DNA from: Minisyncoccota bacterium
GTDB lineage: Bacteria > Patescibacteriota > Minisyncoccia > Minisyncoccales > Minisyncoccaceae
Reading direction: 5' to 3'
Length of the DNA stretch: 64,000 bases
NCBI GenBank assembly: GCA_041663305.1
Contig: JBAYMT010000003.1
Coordinates: 17,949-81,948, forward strand
Shown: positions 23,312-33,685 of the stretch, in pieces
Position numbering within the stretch: the first letter of the stretch is position 1
Layout of the letters: the number at the start of each line of letters is the position of its first letter
Translations under genes and position numbers: made by a program
The notes under the pieces: model-generated
The model's database searches: none
Told to the model about the DNA's origin: nothing
The model's input: only the letters and a program-made list of their open reading frames with translations

Positions 23312-24274
23312 ATGGATAAAAACCTTAGCAAGACACAAGAGCTAGAACTCTTGTCCTCACTTGAATCCCGAGCAGAATCACCACTAAAGTTTGGATACAT
23401 TGGAGACGGTTATGACAAATGGGTCAAGATTGCCCAAAAAAGCAGGGAAAATCATGATCTTGAATTTGAGGAAGACTTGCTTAAAAAAGATTCTCTCCCT
23501 TTTATATTTAGAGAAATAAATGAAAAAACAGAAACAGTAAATATAATAGATTTTGGATGCGGAGACGGAATTCCTATGTTTCCCATTTTTGAATACTTAA
23601 TTGGAACAGGAATAAAAGACATAAACTACATACCCGTAGATATCAGTTGGGCAATGCTTGAAGGAGCTACAAAAAACATAAAAGAAAAATTTGATTCTAT
23701 CAACATAACTCCCATTCTCTTTGATTTTGAAAAAGGAGAAATAATAGAAAAGATATTGCAGATATCAAGAAACGAAACTACTCATAATTATTTTTTCCTA
23801 CTAGGGAACACCATCGGAAATTTTGACAACACCGAAAAGGTTTTATCAAACCTAAAAATGTCTATGTTTTCTGATGATTACTTAGTAATTGGAAATCAGA
23901 TATCAAACCTCATAAACACATCCAAAATAATCAAATATTATCAAGAAAAAGAAAAATTTGAATTTTTTATCCGCATACTGCAAAACTACGGAATGAAATG
24001 CAATCCAGAAGAATATACGATTAGATGGAATGAAAAGAAAAAACAAATAGAAGGATTTTTGGTATTAAGCGAAGACAAAAAAGTGACTATCGCTGAAAGA
24101 ACACTAAATTTTGAAAAAGGAGAAGAAATACTTTTATTCATAAGCAAGAAATATATCGAAGAGAGCATAGTAGAAATGCTTAACAAAGCAGGCTTTAGGA
24201 TTGACTTATTTACAACAAACAAAAAGAAGGATAACTGCATTATTTCCGTATCTCCAACAAGATACAGATCATAG
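23312..24274 (+). CDS. EgtD-like (histidine-specific methyltransferase family) SAM-dependent methyltransferase
   Basis: IIDFGCGDG (motif I), YIPVDIS, FFLLGNTIGNF, and DYLVIGN match the EgtD-type family layout. Confidence 0.7.
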   Translation: MDKNLSKTQELELLSSLESRAESPLKFGYIGDGYDKWVKIAQKSRENHDLEFEEDLLKKDSLPFIFREINEKTETVNIIDFGCGDGIPMFPIFEYLIGTGIKDINYIPVDISWAMLEGATKNIKEKFDSINITPILFDFEKGEIIEKILQISRNETTHNYFFLLGNTIGNFDNTEKVLSNLKMSMFSDDYLVIGNQISNLINTSKIIKYYQEKEKFEFFIRILQNYGMKCNPEEYTIRWNEKKKQIEGFLVLSEDKKVTIAERTLNFEKGEEILLFISKKYIEESIVEMLNKAGFRIDLFTTNKKKDNCIISVSPTRYRS

Positions 24275-24350
24275 ACTTACAACTGCTCTTGCAATTTTTT
24301 AATAAACATGGTACTAATTAAACAAGAGGCATAGAAATGCCCAAATATTA

Positions 24351-24379
24351 AAAACAAAACACCCGTTCGGGTGTTTTTC
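24351..24379. terminator. bidirectional intrinsic terminator between convergent genes
   Basis: ACACCC-GTTC-GGGTGT, flanked by an A-run upstream and a T-run downstream. Confidence 0.75.
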
Positions 24380-25253
24380 AGTTATTAGCCACTAGGTTAT
24401 TTGTTATCAGTTTCAATCTTTCGTATTTCTTTTTCCAGCACTCCTCATCATTTTTTTTAAGCCCACAGACTGCATCATTTAAAAGTATATAAGTATACCA
24501 CCGCAAACTTCTTTGCTTAAAATCAACACTATTCAAAAAATATCCATACAAGACTTTATCTACAAAATCTTCTCCATATTCCCAAAGATAAGCAAAATCA
24601 CTGGCAGGATCATCAATTTCAAATCTGCCAAAACTTATAACTCCCGAAATAGCATTATTGTCCTCGCTAAATATCAGGTGATCGCTATCGATTTTTTTGT
24701 GACAAAGCGCATACTTAAAAACTTCCTTGCAATTTTTACTACAATGTTCGATTAAACTATTCAAAAAAGCTGCTTCGTCTTTACTAATCTTTTTTAAAAT
24801 TAAATTGACTTCTTTTTTTGTTGCCTCTAATATTTCTTTTTCACTCGTTGCTTGAATAATTCCGCATCTCCTGCAAGTAGGTAAAGGAAAAGAGTGTAAT
24901 TCATTCAGAAAAATAGAAACTTGATTTGCAATCATATCTTTTTGCTCCAAAGACAATTTTTCAAAAACATCATTCGTCAAGCATTTTCCAGGAAGATAGT
25001 CATATCCAGCAAACGAACAATCGATTGGAACATATTTGAAATTTGGAATGGGCAAAGTTATAGACAACTCTAATTGAGGAAAAATATTTAATTCGGTTTT
25101 TAATTTACTTTTTTCGTTTATGCTTTTAGGAAAAATAAAAACGCATTTTTTATCCAAAAAAACTAAGTCTTTTTCTTGTCCACGCAATACTTCAATTTTC
25201 CCAGTCAATTCTGGAAAATGCTTTCTAATCGTATTTTTGTATTCGGTATCCAT
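24378..25253 (-). CDS. APH-family phosphotransferase-like protein (degenerate catalytic loop)
   Basis: Start moved to MDTEYKN, because the listed N-terminal 50 aa translate the intergenic repeat. LCHKKIDSDHLIF...ISGVISFGRFEIDDPASDFAYLW resembles HGDxxxxN...IDFG...DPxxD, but the loop is altered. Confidence 0.65.
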   Translation of the reverse strand: MDTEYKNTIRKHFPELTGKIEVLRGQEKDLVFLDKKCVFIFPKSINEKSKLKTELNIFPQLELSITLPIPNFKYVPIDCSFAGYDYLPGKCLTNDVFEKLSLEQKDMIANQVSIFLNELHSFPLPTCRRCGIIQATSEKEILEATKKEVNLILKKISKDEAAFLNSLIEHCSKNCKEVFKYALCHKKIDSDHLIFSEDNNAISGVISFGRFEIDDPASDFAYLWEYGEDFVDKVLYGYFLNSVDFKQRSLRWYTYILLNDAVCGLKKNDEECWKKKYERLKLITNNLVANN

Positions 25254-25300
25254 AAGCAATATTTTATCCCATTTACACCGATTAAACAACAAACCACCCC

Positions 25301-25386
25301 CTCTGTCATTGCGAGGATTCGCCAATAGGCGAAAACGAAGCAATCTATTTATTTGCTTCTCCGCCAAAGGCGGATCGCAACGACAA
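25301..25386. repeat. nested-hairpin repeat, locus D: one forward unit plus one inverted unit
   Basis: Forward unit CTCTGTCATTGCGAGG-ATTCGCC-AAT-AGGCGAA-AACGAAGCAATCT (25301-25346). It is followed by TTGCTTCTCCGCCAAAGGCGGATCGCAACGACAA (25353-25386), the reverse complement of the locus C simple unit. Lies between divergent genes. Confidence 0.85.
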
Positions 25387-25476
25387 ATACTTGCATTTCT
25401 CAATTCACAGTAAATTGATTGATACTTTACTACCAGCTATGATATAATTTAAGCAATAACAAATAATAAAAAATAT

Positions 25477-27621
25477 ATGAAAAATTCATCAAAAATCATA
25501 TATCTTTTCCTTTTTAGTCTGATTGTTTTTCCTCAAGTATCATTCGGAGCCGAATGCGACCTTCAAAAGCTTTCACCAATAAACTATAGGGAAAGAAGCG
25601 AAACAGTAAGAAATGTCCAAACATGTCTTAAAAGCTTAGGCTACAATATTAGCCAAGCTACCGGATATTACGGCCAAGAAACTATGAAAGCCATAAAATC
25701 GTATTACGAAATATGGTATGGAAAATGGAATGGTTTTAGGCTTGGAAATCAAGGAATAGAAAAATTACGAAATTTTCTGACAGCAAAATCAGGGGGAGAT
25801 TTTTCTTATCGTAAATTTGCATCAAATGGCGAATTTCTTGAATACATAAAAAATGCGTCATCGTATTCGGGCTATGAAGAGGGAAGACTAATAGCTCCAA
25901 CAGCACCTACTGCATCGCCAACAAACGACGCTGGAACTGCCCAAGAAAAAACAGCTGAACGATATTCGTCTACTAATACCCAGGTTCTAAGCATTGACGA
26001 ACCAGACATTGCAAAAACAAACGGCTCTACAATATTTTACGAACATTCTAAGCCTACAACTACCAATACCTCTTGCCCAGACGGAGCAAAATGTATTGTA
26101 ATGCCTATCTATGGAAAACAAATAAGCATTATCAAAGCTCTGCCCGCTGAAAGCATTTCAAAAGAAAGCACCATCAGTCTTGACCAATATTATTACAATT
26201 CGGGAAATTTATTATTGAGTGGTAATGTGCTAACAGTTTTAGAGGGTAAAAAAATAAAAGGATTTGATGTAAGCGACACAAAAAATCCTAAGGAAAAATG
26301 GACTATCGAACTTGAAGATAATACCTCTGTCAGTGATGCGCGATTAAAAGATGGAAAAATTTACCTTGTTACAAAATCATACTCTCTAAACTCTTGCCCC
26401 GTTCCTCTATTAAAAACAGGAAATACCTCAATATCAGTAAATTGCTCTGATATATATTATCCAAACAAGGAAGGAACAGCCAATACCAACTATACTGTTT
26501 TTGCTATCAATCCGGAAAACGGAGAAATAACAAACAAAATGTCTATGTTGGGATCGTCAAGTTCAGTTATTTATATGTCCGAAAATAATCTATATATCAC
26601 ATATAATTATTTCGAAGACAAGGTTAAATACTATCTAAGTTTCTATAAGGAAAAATGCACCGATATAATTCCTAGTTCGCTAATCGAAAGAATAGAAAAA
26701 ATATCTTCGTATGATATTAGCAACTATTCAAAATTAACAGAATTCAACAGTGAAAAAGCAAAGTACTTAAACAGCTTAAGCAAAGACGAAAACCTTAGGA
26801 TAACCAACGAACTCAACAACAGATTAAAGGAATATTCCGAAGTCCATTATAGAGAACTTGAAAAAACAGCCATTGCCAAAATCAGTCTATCCAATCTTTC
26901 TATAATAAGCACCGGAAATATTCCCGGCAGACTTTTAAATCAATTCTCTTTAGATGAATACAATGGAAACCTAAGAGTTGCCACAACCATTGAACAGAAT
27001 TTTGAGTTAGGAACAACATCAAAAAACGATGTATATGTCTTGAATCCAAATCTTAATGCTGTTGGCAGCATCAAAGACCTGGGAAAAACAGAAAGGATAT
27101 ATTCGGTAAGGTTTATCGGAAATCTCGGCTATCTGGTCACCTTCAGGCAGATAGATCCTTTCTATGTTCTTGATCTATCTAATCCTTCAAATCCTCAGCA
27201 AAAAGGAGAGTTAAAAATTCCAGGATACTCTTCATATCTCCACCCGATAGACGACAACACCATACTGGGAGTTGGTGAAGAAAACAACAAAGTCAAGCTA
27301 TCGCTTTTTGATGTTAAAAATCCTTCAAACCCTGTGGAAATTAGCAAATACTCGCTCGATGAATATTGGACAGAAGTAAACTCTAATCACCACGCATTTT
27401 TAATCGATAAGAATTATAGTATATTTTTTATTCCAGCTTCAAATGGAGGATATATCTTCTCGTACAAAAATAACAGTTTTACTCTTGTAAAAACCGTTGC
27501 CGGATACAGCGTAAAAAGAGCAATATATATCAACGATAATCTATATATATTGGGCGACAGCAAAATCACAGTATTAAGCGAAAAAACCTGGCAACAGGTA
27601 AGCGAACTGGAATTGAAGTAA
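25477..27621 (+). CDS. secreted peptidoglycan-binding + beta-propeller domain protein
   Basis: Signal peptide. VRNVQTCLKSLGYNISQATGYYGQETMKAIKSYY resembles PG_binding_1. C-terminal RFIGNLGYLVTFRQIDPFYVLDLSNPSNPQQKGELKIPGYSSYLHP matches the Beta_propel family signature. Confidence 0.8.
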   Translation: MKNSSKIIYLFLFSLIVFPQVSFGAECDLQKLSPINYRERSETVRNVQTCLKSLGYNISQATGYYGQETMKAIKSYYEIWYGKWNGFRLGNQGIEKLRNFLTAKSGGDFSYRKFASNGEFLEYIKNASSYSGYEEGRLIAPTAPTASPTNDAGTAQEKTAERYSSTNTQVLSIDEPDIAKTNGSTIFYEHSKPTTTNTSCPDGAKCIVMPIYGKQISIIKALPAESISKESTISLDQYYYNSGNLLLSGNVLTVLEGKKIKGFDVSDTKNPKEKWTIELEDNTSVSDARLKDGKIYLVTKSYSLNSCPVPLLKTGNTSISVNCSDIYYPNKEGTANTNYTVFAINPENGEITNKMSMLGSSSSVIYMSENNLYITYNYFEDKVKYYLSFYKEKCTDIIPSSLIERIEKISSYDISNYSKLTEFNSEKAKYLNSLSKDENLRITNELNNRLKEYSEVHYRELEKTAIAKISLSNLSIISTGNIPGRLLNQFSLDEYNGNLRVATTIEQNFELGTTSKNDVYVLNPNLNAVGSIKDLGKTERIYSVRFIGNLGYLVTFRQIDPFYVLDLSNPSNPQQKGELKIPGYSSYLHPIDDNTILGVGEENNKVKLSLFDVKNPSNPVEISKYSLDEYWTEVNSNHHAFLIDKNYSIFFIPASNGGYIFSYKNNSFTLVKTVAGYSVKRAIYINDNLYILGDSKITVLSEKTWQQVSELELK

Positions 27622-27627
27622 GGTTCC

Positions 27628-27656
27628 AAAAAACAGCCCCAAAAGAGCTGTTTTTT
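27628..27656 (+). terminator. intrinsic terminator
   Basis: AAAAAACAGC-N9-GCTGTTTTTT. Confidence 0.75.
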
Positions 27657-27793
27657 GATTTTTAAATTGACCGATTAACATATAAATGCTACTGTTATTT
27701 CAAGATAGTTACTTTATCAAAAATTAGTCGAACTTTTCAAGGAACTAGGCTTTAGGGTAAAACCTTAAAAAATAAAAAATTAAACTCAAAAGA

Positions 27794-27991
27794 ATGGAGG
27801 GAACAATCAAAAACCTTACAGACAAAGGATTCGGATTCATCACAGTTGATGGAGAAGAAAAAGACTTATTCTTTCACAGCAATGAACTACAAGGTGTAAG
27901 CTACGAAGAATTAAAAGTCGGAGACAGAGTATCCTTTGAAAAAGGTGAATCTCAAAAAGGACCAAACGCAGTTAATGTTACTCGCGTTTAA
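27794..27991 (+). CDS. cold-shock domain protein
   Basis: GTIKNLTDKGFGFI (RNP1) and DLFFH (RNP2). 65 aa. Long 5' UTR and strong terminator. Confidence 0.9.
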   Translation: MEGTIKNLTDKGFGFITVDGEEKDLFFHSNELQGVSYEELKVGDRVSFEKGESQKGPNAVNVTRV

Positions 27992-27993
27992 AC

Positions 27994-28022
27994 AAAAAAC
28001 AGGCTCTTGCCTGTTTTTTTGT
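27994..28022 (+). terminator. intrinsic terminator after csp
   Basis: CAGGC-TCTT-GCCTG flanked by A-run and T-run. Confidence 0.8.
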
Positions 28023-28049
28023 TCAGAAAAAAAGGATATAATCACAAGC

Positions 28050-29138
28050 ATGAAACGCATAATCGGACACCTAGATATGGACTCGTTTTTTGCATCATTG
28101 GAAGAACGGGCAACTCCACGCTTTAAGGGTAAACCCGTTGTTGTTGGTTCGGATCCGAAAGAAGGCAAGGGAAGAGGAGTTGTTTCAACAGCAAACTACA
28201 AAGCCCGAAAATACGGAATACATTCCGCTCTTCCCATATCAAAAGCTTGGCAACTGTCACAGCAGGCAAAAGAAAGAGGAGAAGACGAAGTGATTTTTTT
28301 ACCCTCTAATTTTGAATTATACGAACGAAGTTCTAAAAATATTTTAGACATAATAAAAAAATATTCCGAAAACGTAGAACAGGGAAGTATTGATGAATTT
28401 TACTTCGACTTGTCGCAATGCAAGACATACAAAACGGCTTCGGAAGTATGCCAAAAAATGAAAGACGAGATAAAAGAAAAGGAAAAAATCACCTGCTCGG
28501 TTGGAATAGCAAAAAACAAACTCATAGCAAAAATAGCCGCCGGAATAAATAAGCCAGATGGTTTTTTGGTTGTGCAAGAAAAAGACACCAATAGTTTCTT
28601 ACTACCGCTAAAAATTAGAAAAATACCGGGTATCGGGGGAAAAACTGCAGAAATATTGGGCAAACTCGGCATATCAACGATAGGAGAACTGCAAAAATAT
28701 TCACAAGAAGATCTTAAAACTATTCTTCATAGCAAAACAGGCGCAGACATATATTTGAAAATAAGAGGCATTGATGATTCTCCAATAGTGCAGAATAGAG
28801 AAGTAAAATCAATCAGCGGACAAATAACTTTTGAAGAAAATATATCCGACATAACAGTCATAACCGAAAAGTATCTCAAGCACTGCGAAGACATATTTAA
28901 CCGTTTTAAAAACAGTGATTTTGCAACATTTAAAACACTAGCATCAACAGTCAGGTTTTCTGATTTTGAAACTATTTCATCGGCAAAAACAATCAAAGAT
29001 GGATTAGGAAAAAGCGACCTCAAAAAAATGCGTCAAGAAGCATTAAAATTATTGCTCCCTTTTTTGGACAAACGAAAAAATCCAAAAATGAAAACGATAA
29101 GATTGATCGGGATAAGGCTAGAAAAATTTTCAAAATAA
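28050..29138 (+). CDS. dinB: DNA polymerase IV (Y-family)
   Basis: Start moved to MKRIIGHLDMDSFFASLEE, because the listed start overlaps the csp gene and its terminator. SIDEFYFD, and IPGIGGKTAEIL for the HhH. Confidence 0.9.
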   Translation: MKRIIGHLDMDSFFASLEERATPRFKGKPVVVGSDPKEGKGRGVVSTANYKARKYGIHSALPISKAWQLSQQAKERGEDEVIFLPSNFELYERSSKNILDIIKKYSENVEQGSIDEFYFDLSQCKTYKTASEVCQKMKDEIKEKEKITCSVGIAKNKLIAKIAAGINKPDGFLVVQEKDTNSFLLPLKIRKIPGIGGKTAEILGKLGISTIGELQKYSQEDLKTILHSKTGADIYLKIRGIDDSPIVQNREVKSISGQITFEENISDITVITEKYLKHCEDIFNRFKNSDFATFKTLASTVRFSDFETISSAKTIKDGLGKSDLKKMRQEALKLLLPFLDKRKNPKMKTIRLIGIRLEKFSK

Positions 29139-29214
29139 ATCTTTACGAAAAATAAATATTATGCAATGATATTTTTTGCCATAAGGCAGTAGCTCTTTTA
29201 CAGATGGTAAAATC

Positions 29215-29589
29215 ATGATTAAGAAATATATTAAAGAAAATCAGGTATTGCTGTCCACAGCGCTTCTGCTTACTGCCATAGATATACTTTCTACTATACT
29301 AGGGCTCGGGTTCGAAGGTGGATATGAAAATTTTGAAATTGCAAAAATATTTTTACAATACGGCTTTTTTAGCTTTATTGCATATATGATCGTTTCGCGG
29401 ATATTACTATTCTTATTCATAATATATACGGAACAAATACTTCTGTTTTTATTGAAAAAAGCAGCGTCTCAAAAAGAATTTTTTGCTTTTATTAAATATA
29501 TTTTTTCAGGTCTTCTTTTGGCTATCAACGCCATCTGGCTGATAATCGCTATGAACAATATCAACCAATTAATGATTATTTTTTCTTAA
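29215..29589 (+). CDS. small multi-pass membrane protein
   Basis: Four hydrophobic helices. No motif recognised. Confidence 0.5.
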   Translation: MIKKYIKENQVLLSTALLLTAIDILSTILGLGFEGGYENFEIAKIFLQYGFFSFIAYMIVSRILLFLFIIYTEQILLFLLKKAASQKEFFAFIKYIFSGLLLAINAIWLIIAMNNINQLMIIFS

Positions 29590-29706
29590 ACATAACAAAC
29601 TGAAAAACGGTTTGTTTTTTTAATTTAAAAATAATTTGAAAATGTTTTACAAACGATTATTTAATCGTTATAATAAAGCTAAAATATAATCCAAAAAAAT
29701 ATTAAA

Positions 29707-30672
29707 ATGAAAAACAACTCTACTAAAATAGAGATTGCCAAACACCTTCAATCAGTTGAAAACGAAAAGATTGTTGCGTCAGCGAGCAAGGAAATAAAAA
29801 CAAAAAAATTTGAAGAGAACCGATTTATATATCACATGGTTTTACCTTTTATGTGGCTATTGGTTGGCTATGTAAAAACAAAAAAAGCGCTTTACAATTT
29901 TTTTGGACTGGGAAAGCCAAAAATCAACACCATGTTTTTTGACGGATTGGGAAAATCGTCACGCAAAGTAAAAGAATACGCCACTACATGGAAGGCGTTA
30001 GACATTGTGTACAACCATCCTTTTTCACACAAAAAAACCATTGGCAATATGATAGACGAATTTTATTGGAATGGCCTTAATTGCCAGGGATTAAGAAACC
30101 GCAGAAAACTCATAAAAGACGAGTTAAGAAAAGCAATCCTTAAAATAGCAAAAACAAAAAAAGAAATACAGATCATTTCTCTTGCCTGCGGGTCTGCTGA
30201 AGTTATGATTGAGCTGATAGCCGAAATGAAAGAAAAAGGAATAATCGTCAAAGCATTATTGATAGATATCGATGAAAAGGCTCTTAGTAGGGCAACATCT
30301 ATTGCCGAAGATTTAAGAGTTAAGAATCAGATCAAAGCAGAAAGAAACAATATTTACGAAATAAAAAACATATCAAAAAAATTCAATCCCGACATAATAG
30401 AAATGATGGGCTTTCTAGATTATCTAAAATACAACGATGCAATCAAGATCGCAAGAATAATCAACGAATCTATGTCTGAAAACTGCTATTTTATAACTTG
30501 CAACATCTCGTCAAACATAGAAAAAGATTTTCTCACACACGTTATTGATTGGCCAATGGTATATAGAACTCCAAAGGAATTGTTGGCCATAGGAGTAAAA
30601 GCCGGATTTAGCGAGAACAGAGTAATATACGAACCCTTAAGAATACACGGCATACTAGTGTCAAAAAAATAG
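29707..30672 (+). CDS. class I SAM-dependent methyltransferase
   Basis: IISLACGSAEVMIELI (motif I), followed by the acidic loop LLIDIDEKAL. Confidence 0.7.
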   Translation: MKNNSTKIEIAKHLQSVENEKIVASASKEIKTKKFEENRFIYHMVLPFMWLLVGYVKTKKALYNFFGLGKPKINTMFFDGLGKSSRKVKEYATTWKALDIVYNHPFSHKKTIGNMIDEFYWNGLNCQGLRNRRKLIKDELRKAILKIAKTKKEIQIISLACGSAEVMIELIAEMKEKGIIVKALLIDIDEKALSRATSIAEDLRVKNQIKAERNNIYEIKNISKKFNPDIIEMMGFLDYLKYNDAIKIARIINESMSENCYFITCNISSNIEKDFLTHVIDWPMVYRTPKELLAIGVKAGFSENRVIYEPLRIHGILVSKK

Positions 30673-30684
30673 TTCCACAACATT

Positions 30685-32904
30685 ATGGATTTTTACGCCA
30701 TATCAGCTCTTATAAATGCAGTTACCAGTTTAACGCTCGGTTGTTTTGTCTTTTTTAAGAATAAGAAAAACACTACCAACGTCACTTTTGTCCTCATGAG
30801 CCTTTCTGTATTTTTCTGGTCTGTCTTTTATTTTCTCTGGCAGATTTCCGACATTTACACTGTGGCGCTAAAATACACAAGATTATTATCGATTGGATCA
30901 ACTTTTATTCCATTGTTCTACTTGCGCTGGGTATTATCATTCCTAGAAATAAACGACAAAAAATCAAACTATGTCCTTCTATTTGGATATTCCATTACGA
31001 TAATCTTCTCGATATTCTCATTTTCTCCCATATTTGTTCGCGATGTCGAACCAACCTTGTTTTTTAAATATTGGCCAAAAGCCGGCTTCCTATATACCAC
31101 ATATCTCATCGCGTCTTATATCGGGTTGTTTGGCTACGGTATACTGCAGTTATTCCAAAAATACTACAAGACAAAAGGGCTCAAGCACTACCAAATACAA
31201 TACATCCTCATAGGAACTATTTTCGGATTTTTGGGTGGAATAACCAATTTTTTCCTATGGTACGATATTCTCATACCTCCAATTGGAAATGTTATCATTT
31301 CTCTCTATGTATTTATCTTGTTTTACGCAATGATAAAATTCCGCCTTATGGATGTGAGGATTATGGCTCGAAAGGTTTTTATTTATGTGATAATTTCTGC
31401 TTTTGCGTATAGCTTTTTTTACTTTCTGATCTGGTTTTACAACAGCTTCTTCGGAGGCGTCTTTACTATCGGGTCATACGCTTTTGGATTATTGGTGGCG
31501 CCATTTTTTGTACTGGCATTTTACAATGCAAACAAGATTACAAGAAATATTGCCGATAAATATCTCTTTTCGTCTTTATATAATTTCCAAGAAACAATCA
31601 ACAAATTAACCGAAGAACTGACAAACCATATTGACCTGAATATTATTACCAGCCTCATAGTCACAACCATTAAAGACACCTTTAAGATTGATGAAGCAAA
31701 TATCTATTTAGTAAACAACAAGACCTTGCCCTTAAGTTACAAGCTTACCAACAGCGCAGGAGCAAGCAAAACCAAAACCATAACCATAAAGAACAATCAC
31801 CTTATCGATTATCTGTCAAAAAACCAAAAAATATTGGTGAGCGACGAACTTTCATTTTTTATTGAAGAAGAAGAAAATATTGAGAACGAAAAAAAATATA
31901 AGGAACTCCTAGAATATATGCAAAGCATTAAAGCTTCGCTTCTCTTGCCTCTGATCGCCAATAAAAAAATGATTGGGATCATAACGCTTAGTTCAAAAAA
32001 ATCAAAAGACCCTTACACAAAGGAAGACCTTGACCTCCTTTCTATTCTTTCACGCCAAGCAAGCATTGCCACAGAAAATGCCAGACAATACAAACAGATC
32101 AAGATTTTTGGAAAAACTTTAGAGCAAAAAGTTTACGACCAGACAAAAGACATAAGGCGAAAAAACCAATATCTTGAAGAATTGCTTGCAATGAAATCCG
32201 ACTTTTTAAGAGTTGTGAGTCATCAGCTCAATACGCCTTTATCGATTATAAGAGGATATTTTTCTATGATGAAAGAAGGGGATTACCAGCCAAAAAAAGC
32301 CTTGCCCATTATCGAAGCTGGCTTGTACAGGATAATCAACACTGTTGCCGACTTTTGCGACGCCTACAAACTAGAAGGAGAAAAAATGGAAACAACTCCA
32401 AACAGAGCAGATATTGAAACGATTGTTAAAAGCGTAATCAAAGAAAAAATAGGATATGTAAAAGAAAAAGGATTAAAACTGAAAGTTATTCCTCCAAAAT
32501 CAAATTTGCCAGATGTTTGGTGTGACCAAGAAAAAATTTCTCGGGCAATAGCCAGTATTATTGAAAATGCAATCTCCTACACAAAAAAAGGACTGATAGA
32601 AATATCTTTCAAAACCGTTCAAGATATGCTTGAAATAGCAGTAAAAGATGAGGGGTGTGGAATAACAAGAGAAGATAAGGAAAAAGTATTTCAAAAATTT
32701 TCACGAGGAACAAAAGCTCCATCAATTCACCCCGATGGATCAGGGCTTGGTTTGTATATCGCCAAAAAAATTGCCGAAGGAAATGGAGGCGACATAACCT
32801 ATGAAAGTAAGGGCGAAAACAAAGGAACCACTTTTAGATTGACCGTGCCTATATACAAGAATCAAGACAAAAAAAAGAAAAAATATATTCACAAAAAATC
32901 TTAG
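30685..32904 (+). CDS. sensor histidine kinase (7TM N-domain, GAF-like, HisKA, HATPase_c)
   Basis: About 8 N-terminal TM helices. H-box SHQLNTPLSII, N-box IENAISYT, G-boxes DEGCGI and GSGLGLYI. Confidence 0.85.
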   Translation: MDFYAISALINAVTSLTLGCFVFFKNKKNTTNVTFVLMSLSVFFWSVFYFLWQISDIYTVALKYTRLLSIGSTFIPLFYLRWVLSFLEINDKKSNYVLLFGYSITIIFSIFSFSPIFVRDVEPTLFFKYWPKAGFLYTTYLIASYIGLFGYGILQLFQKYYKTKGLKHYQIQYILIGTIFGFLGGITNFFLWYDILIPPIGNVIISLYVFILFYAMIKFRLMDVRIMARKVFIYVIISAFAYSFFYFLIWFYNSFFGGVFTIGSYAFGLLVAPFFVLAFYNANKITRNIADKYLFSSLYNFQETINKLTEELTNHIDLNIITSLIVTTIKDTFKIDEANIYLVNNKTLPLSYKLTNSAGASKTKTITIKNNHLIDYLSKNQKILVSDELSFFIEEEENIENEKKYKELLEYMQSIKASLLLPLIANKKMIGIITLSSKKSKDPYTKEDLDLLSILSRQASIATENARQYKQIKIFGKTLEQKVYDQTKDIRRKNQYLEELLAMKSDFLRVVSHQLNTPLSIIRGYFSMMKEGDYQPKKALPIIEAGLYRIINTVADFCDAYKLEGEKMETTPNRADIETIVKSVIKEKIGYVKEKGLKLKVIPPKSNLPDVWCDQEKISRAIASIIENAISYTKKGLIEISFKTVQDMLEIAVKDEGCGITREDKEKVFQKFSRGTKAPSIHPDGSGLGLYIAKKIAEGNGGDITYESKGENKGTTFRLTVPIYKNQDKKKKKYIHKKS

Positions 32905-33070
32905 GCACCACTTTATGAAAGCGGTGCTTTTCTTATTTGACATAGAAAACTATTTGTTATAGCTTAAAAATAGAATTTTAAAAAAATCATCCAAGGAGGA
33001 AGCCTGATTACTCGTTAATAGTCAGACTCCCTCTTTGGAAAACATTTCTTGGGGGATTGGAGGCCTAATT

Positions 33071-33520
33071 ATGACTGAGGCAAAAAGTACCGAGCAAACA
33101 GAAAATGAAACTATTGGTATGGACGAAGAAACGTTCCTCTCCATACTGGAACAGTGGAACGAATTGACTGCCGAACTTAGGTTCGGTTATGACATGAAAT
33201 ATGAAAGTTTTCTTTCTATTCTGAAAGCTTGGGATATCAACGCAATAGAACTATTTAACTTTATCACAGAGAACGGCATCGAAGTAAAAGTTCTCAAAAA
33301 GATGATGTTATGCAACCGAAAATCACCACTATTCATGGAAGAAGTGATAATTCATGGATTAGAAGAAATGGTGAGATGTCACTACCGGCAAGGAAAAACA
33401 CCCAAAGGTTTCAGGGTAAAGAATGGCAATGATCCCTTTTATATATATTGTAAAAATAAAGGGAAAATAACTCTCCCCATAATCCCAAGACCAAATCTTT
33501 TAGAAGACGGCACCGTATGA
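33071..33520 (+). CDS. hypothetical protein
   Basis: Start moved to the ATG with GGAGG 7 nt upstream (MTEAKSTEQ). No motif recognised. Confidence 0.5.
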   Translation: MTEAKSTEQTENETIGMDEETFLSILEQWNELTAELRFGYDMKYESFLSILKAWDINAIELFNFITENGIEVKVLKKMMLCNRKSPLFMEEVIIHGLEEMVRCHYRQGKTPKGFRVKNGNDPFYIYCKNKGKITLPIIPRPNLLEDGTV

Positions 33521-33554
33521 TGCTCTCTTTTTTTGTAAAAATTTCTTTTATACC

Positions 33555-33627
33555 ATTGTCATTACAAGACATAGTCCACCTGTTTGTCATTGCGAGGAAA
33601 TGAACGAAGTGAATAACGAAGCAATCT
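33555..33627 (+). repeat. nested-hairpin repeat, locus E (short)
   Basis: ATTGTCATTACAAG ... TTTGTCATTGCGAGGAAATGAACGAAGTGAATAACGAAGCAATCT. Confidence 0.75.
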
Positions 33628-33685
33628 AAAGTGATAAATATTTACATTTTGTAATTCACAATTTTGTAGTATAATCATATTAAAA

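Noticed and set aside
25254-25403. N-terminal 50 codons of the listed 341-aa APH-like ORF
   Set aside because: This part is a translation of repeat locus D. A Met at 25253 begins the recognisable kinase-fold N-lobe.
27936-28049. Listed dinB start at 27936, overlapping the cold-shock gene
   Set aside because: It would read through the csp stop and its terminator hairpin. The conserved Y-family N-terminus (MKRIIGHLDMDSFFAS) begins at 28050.
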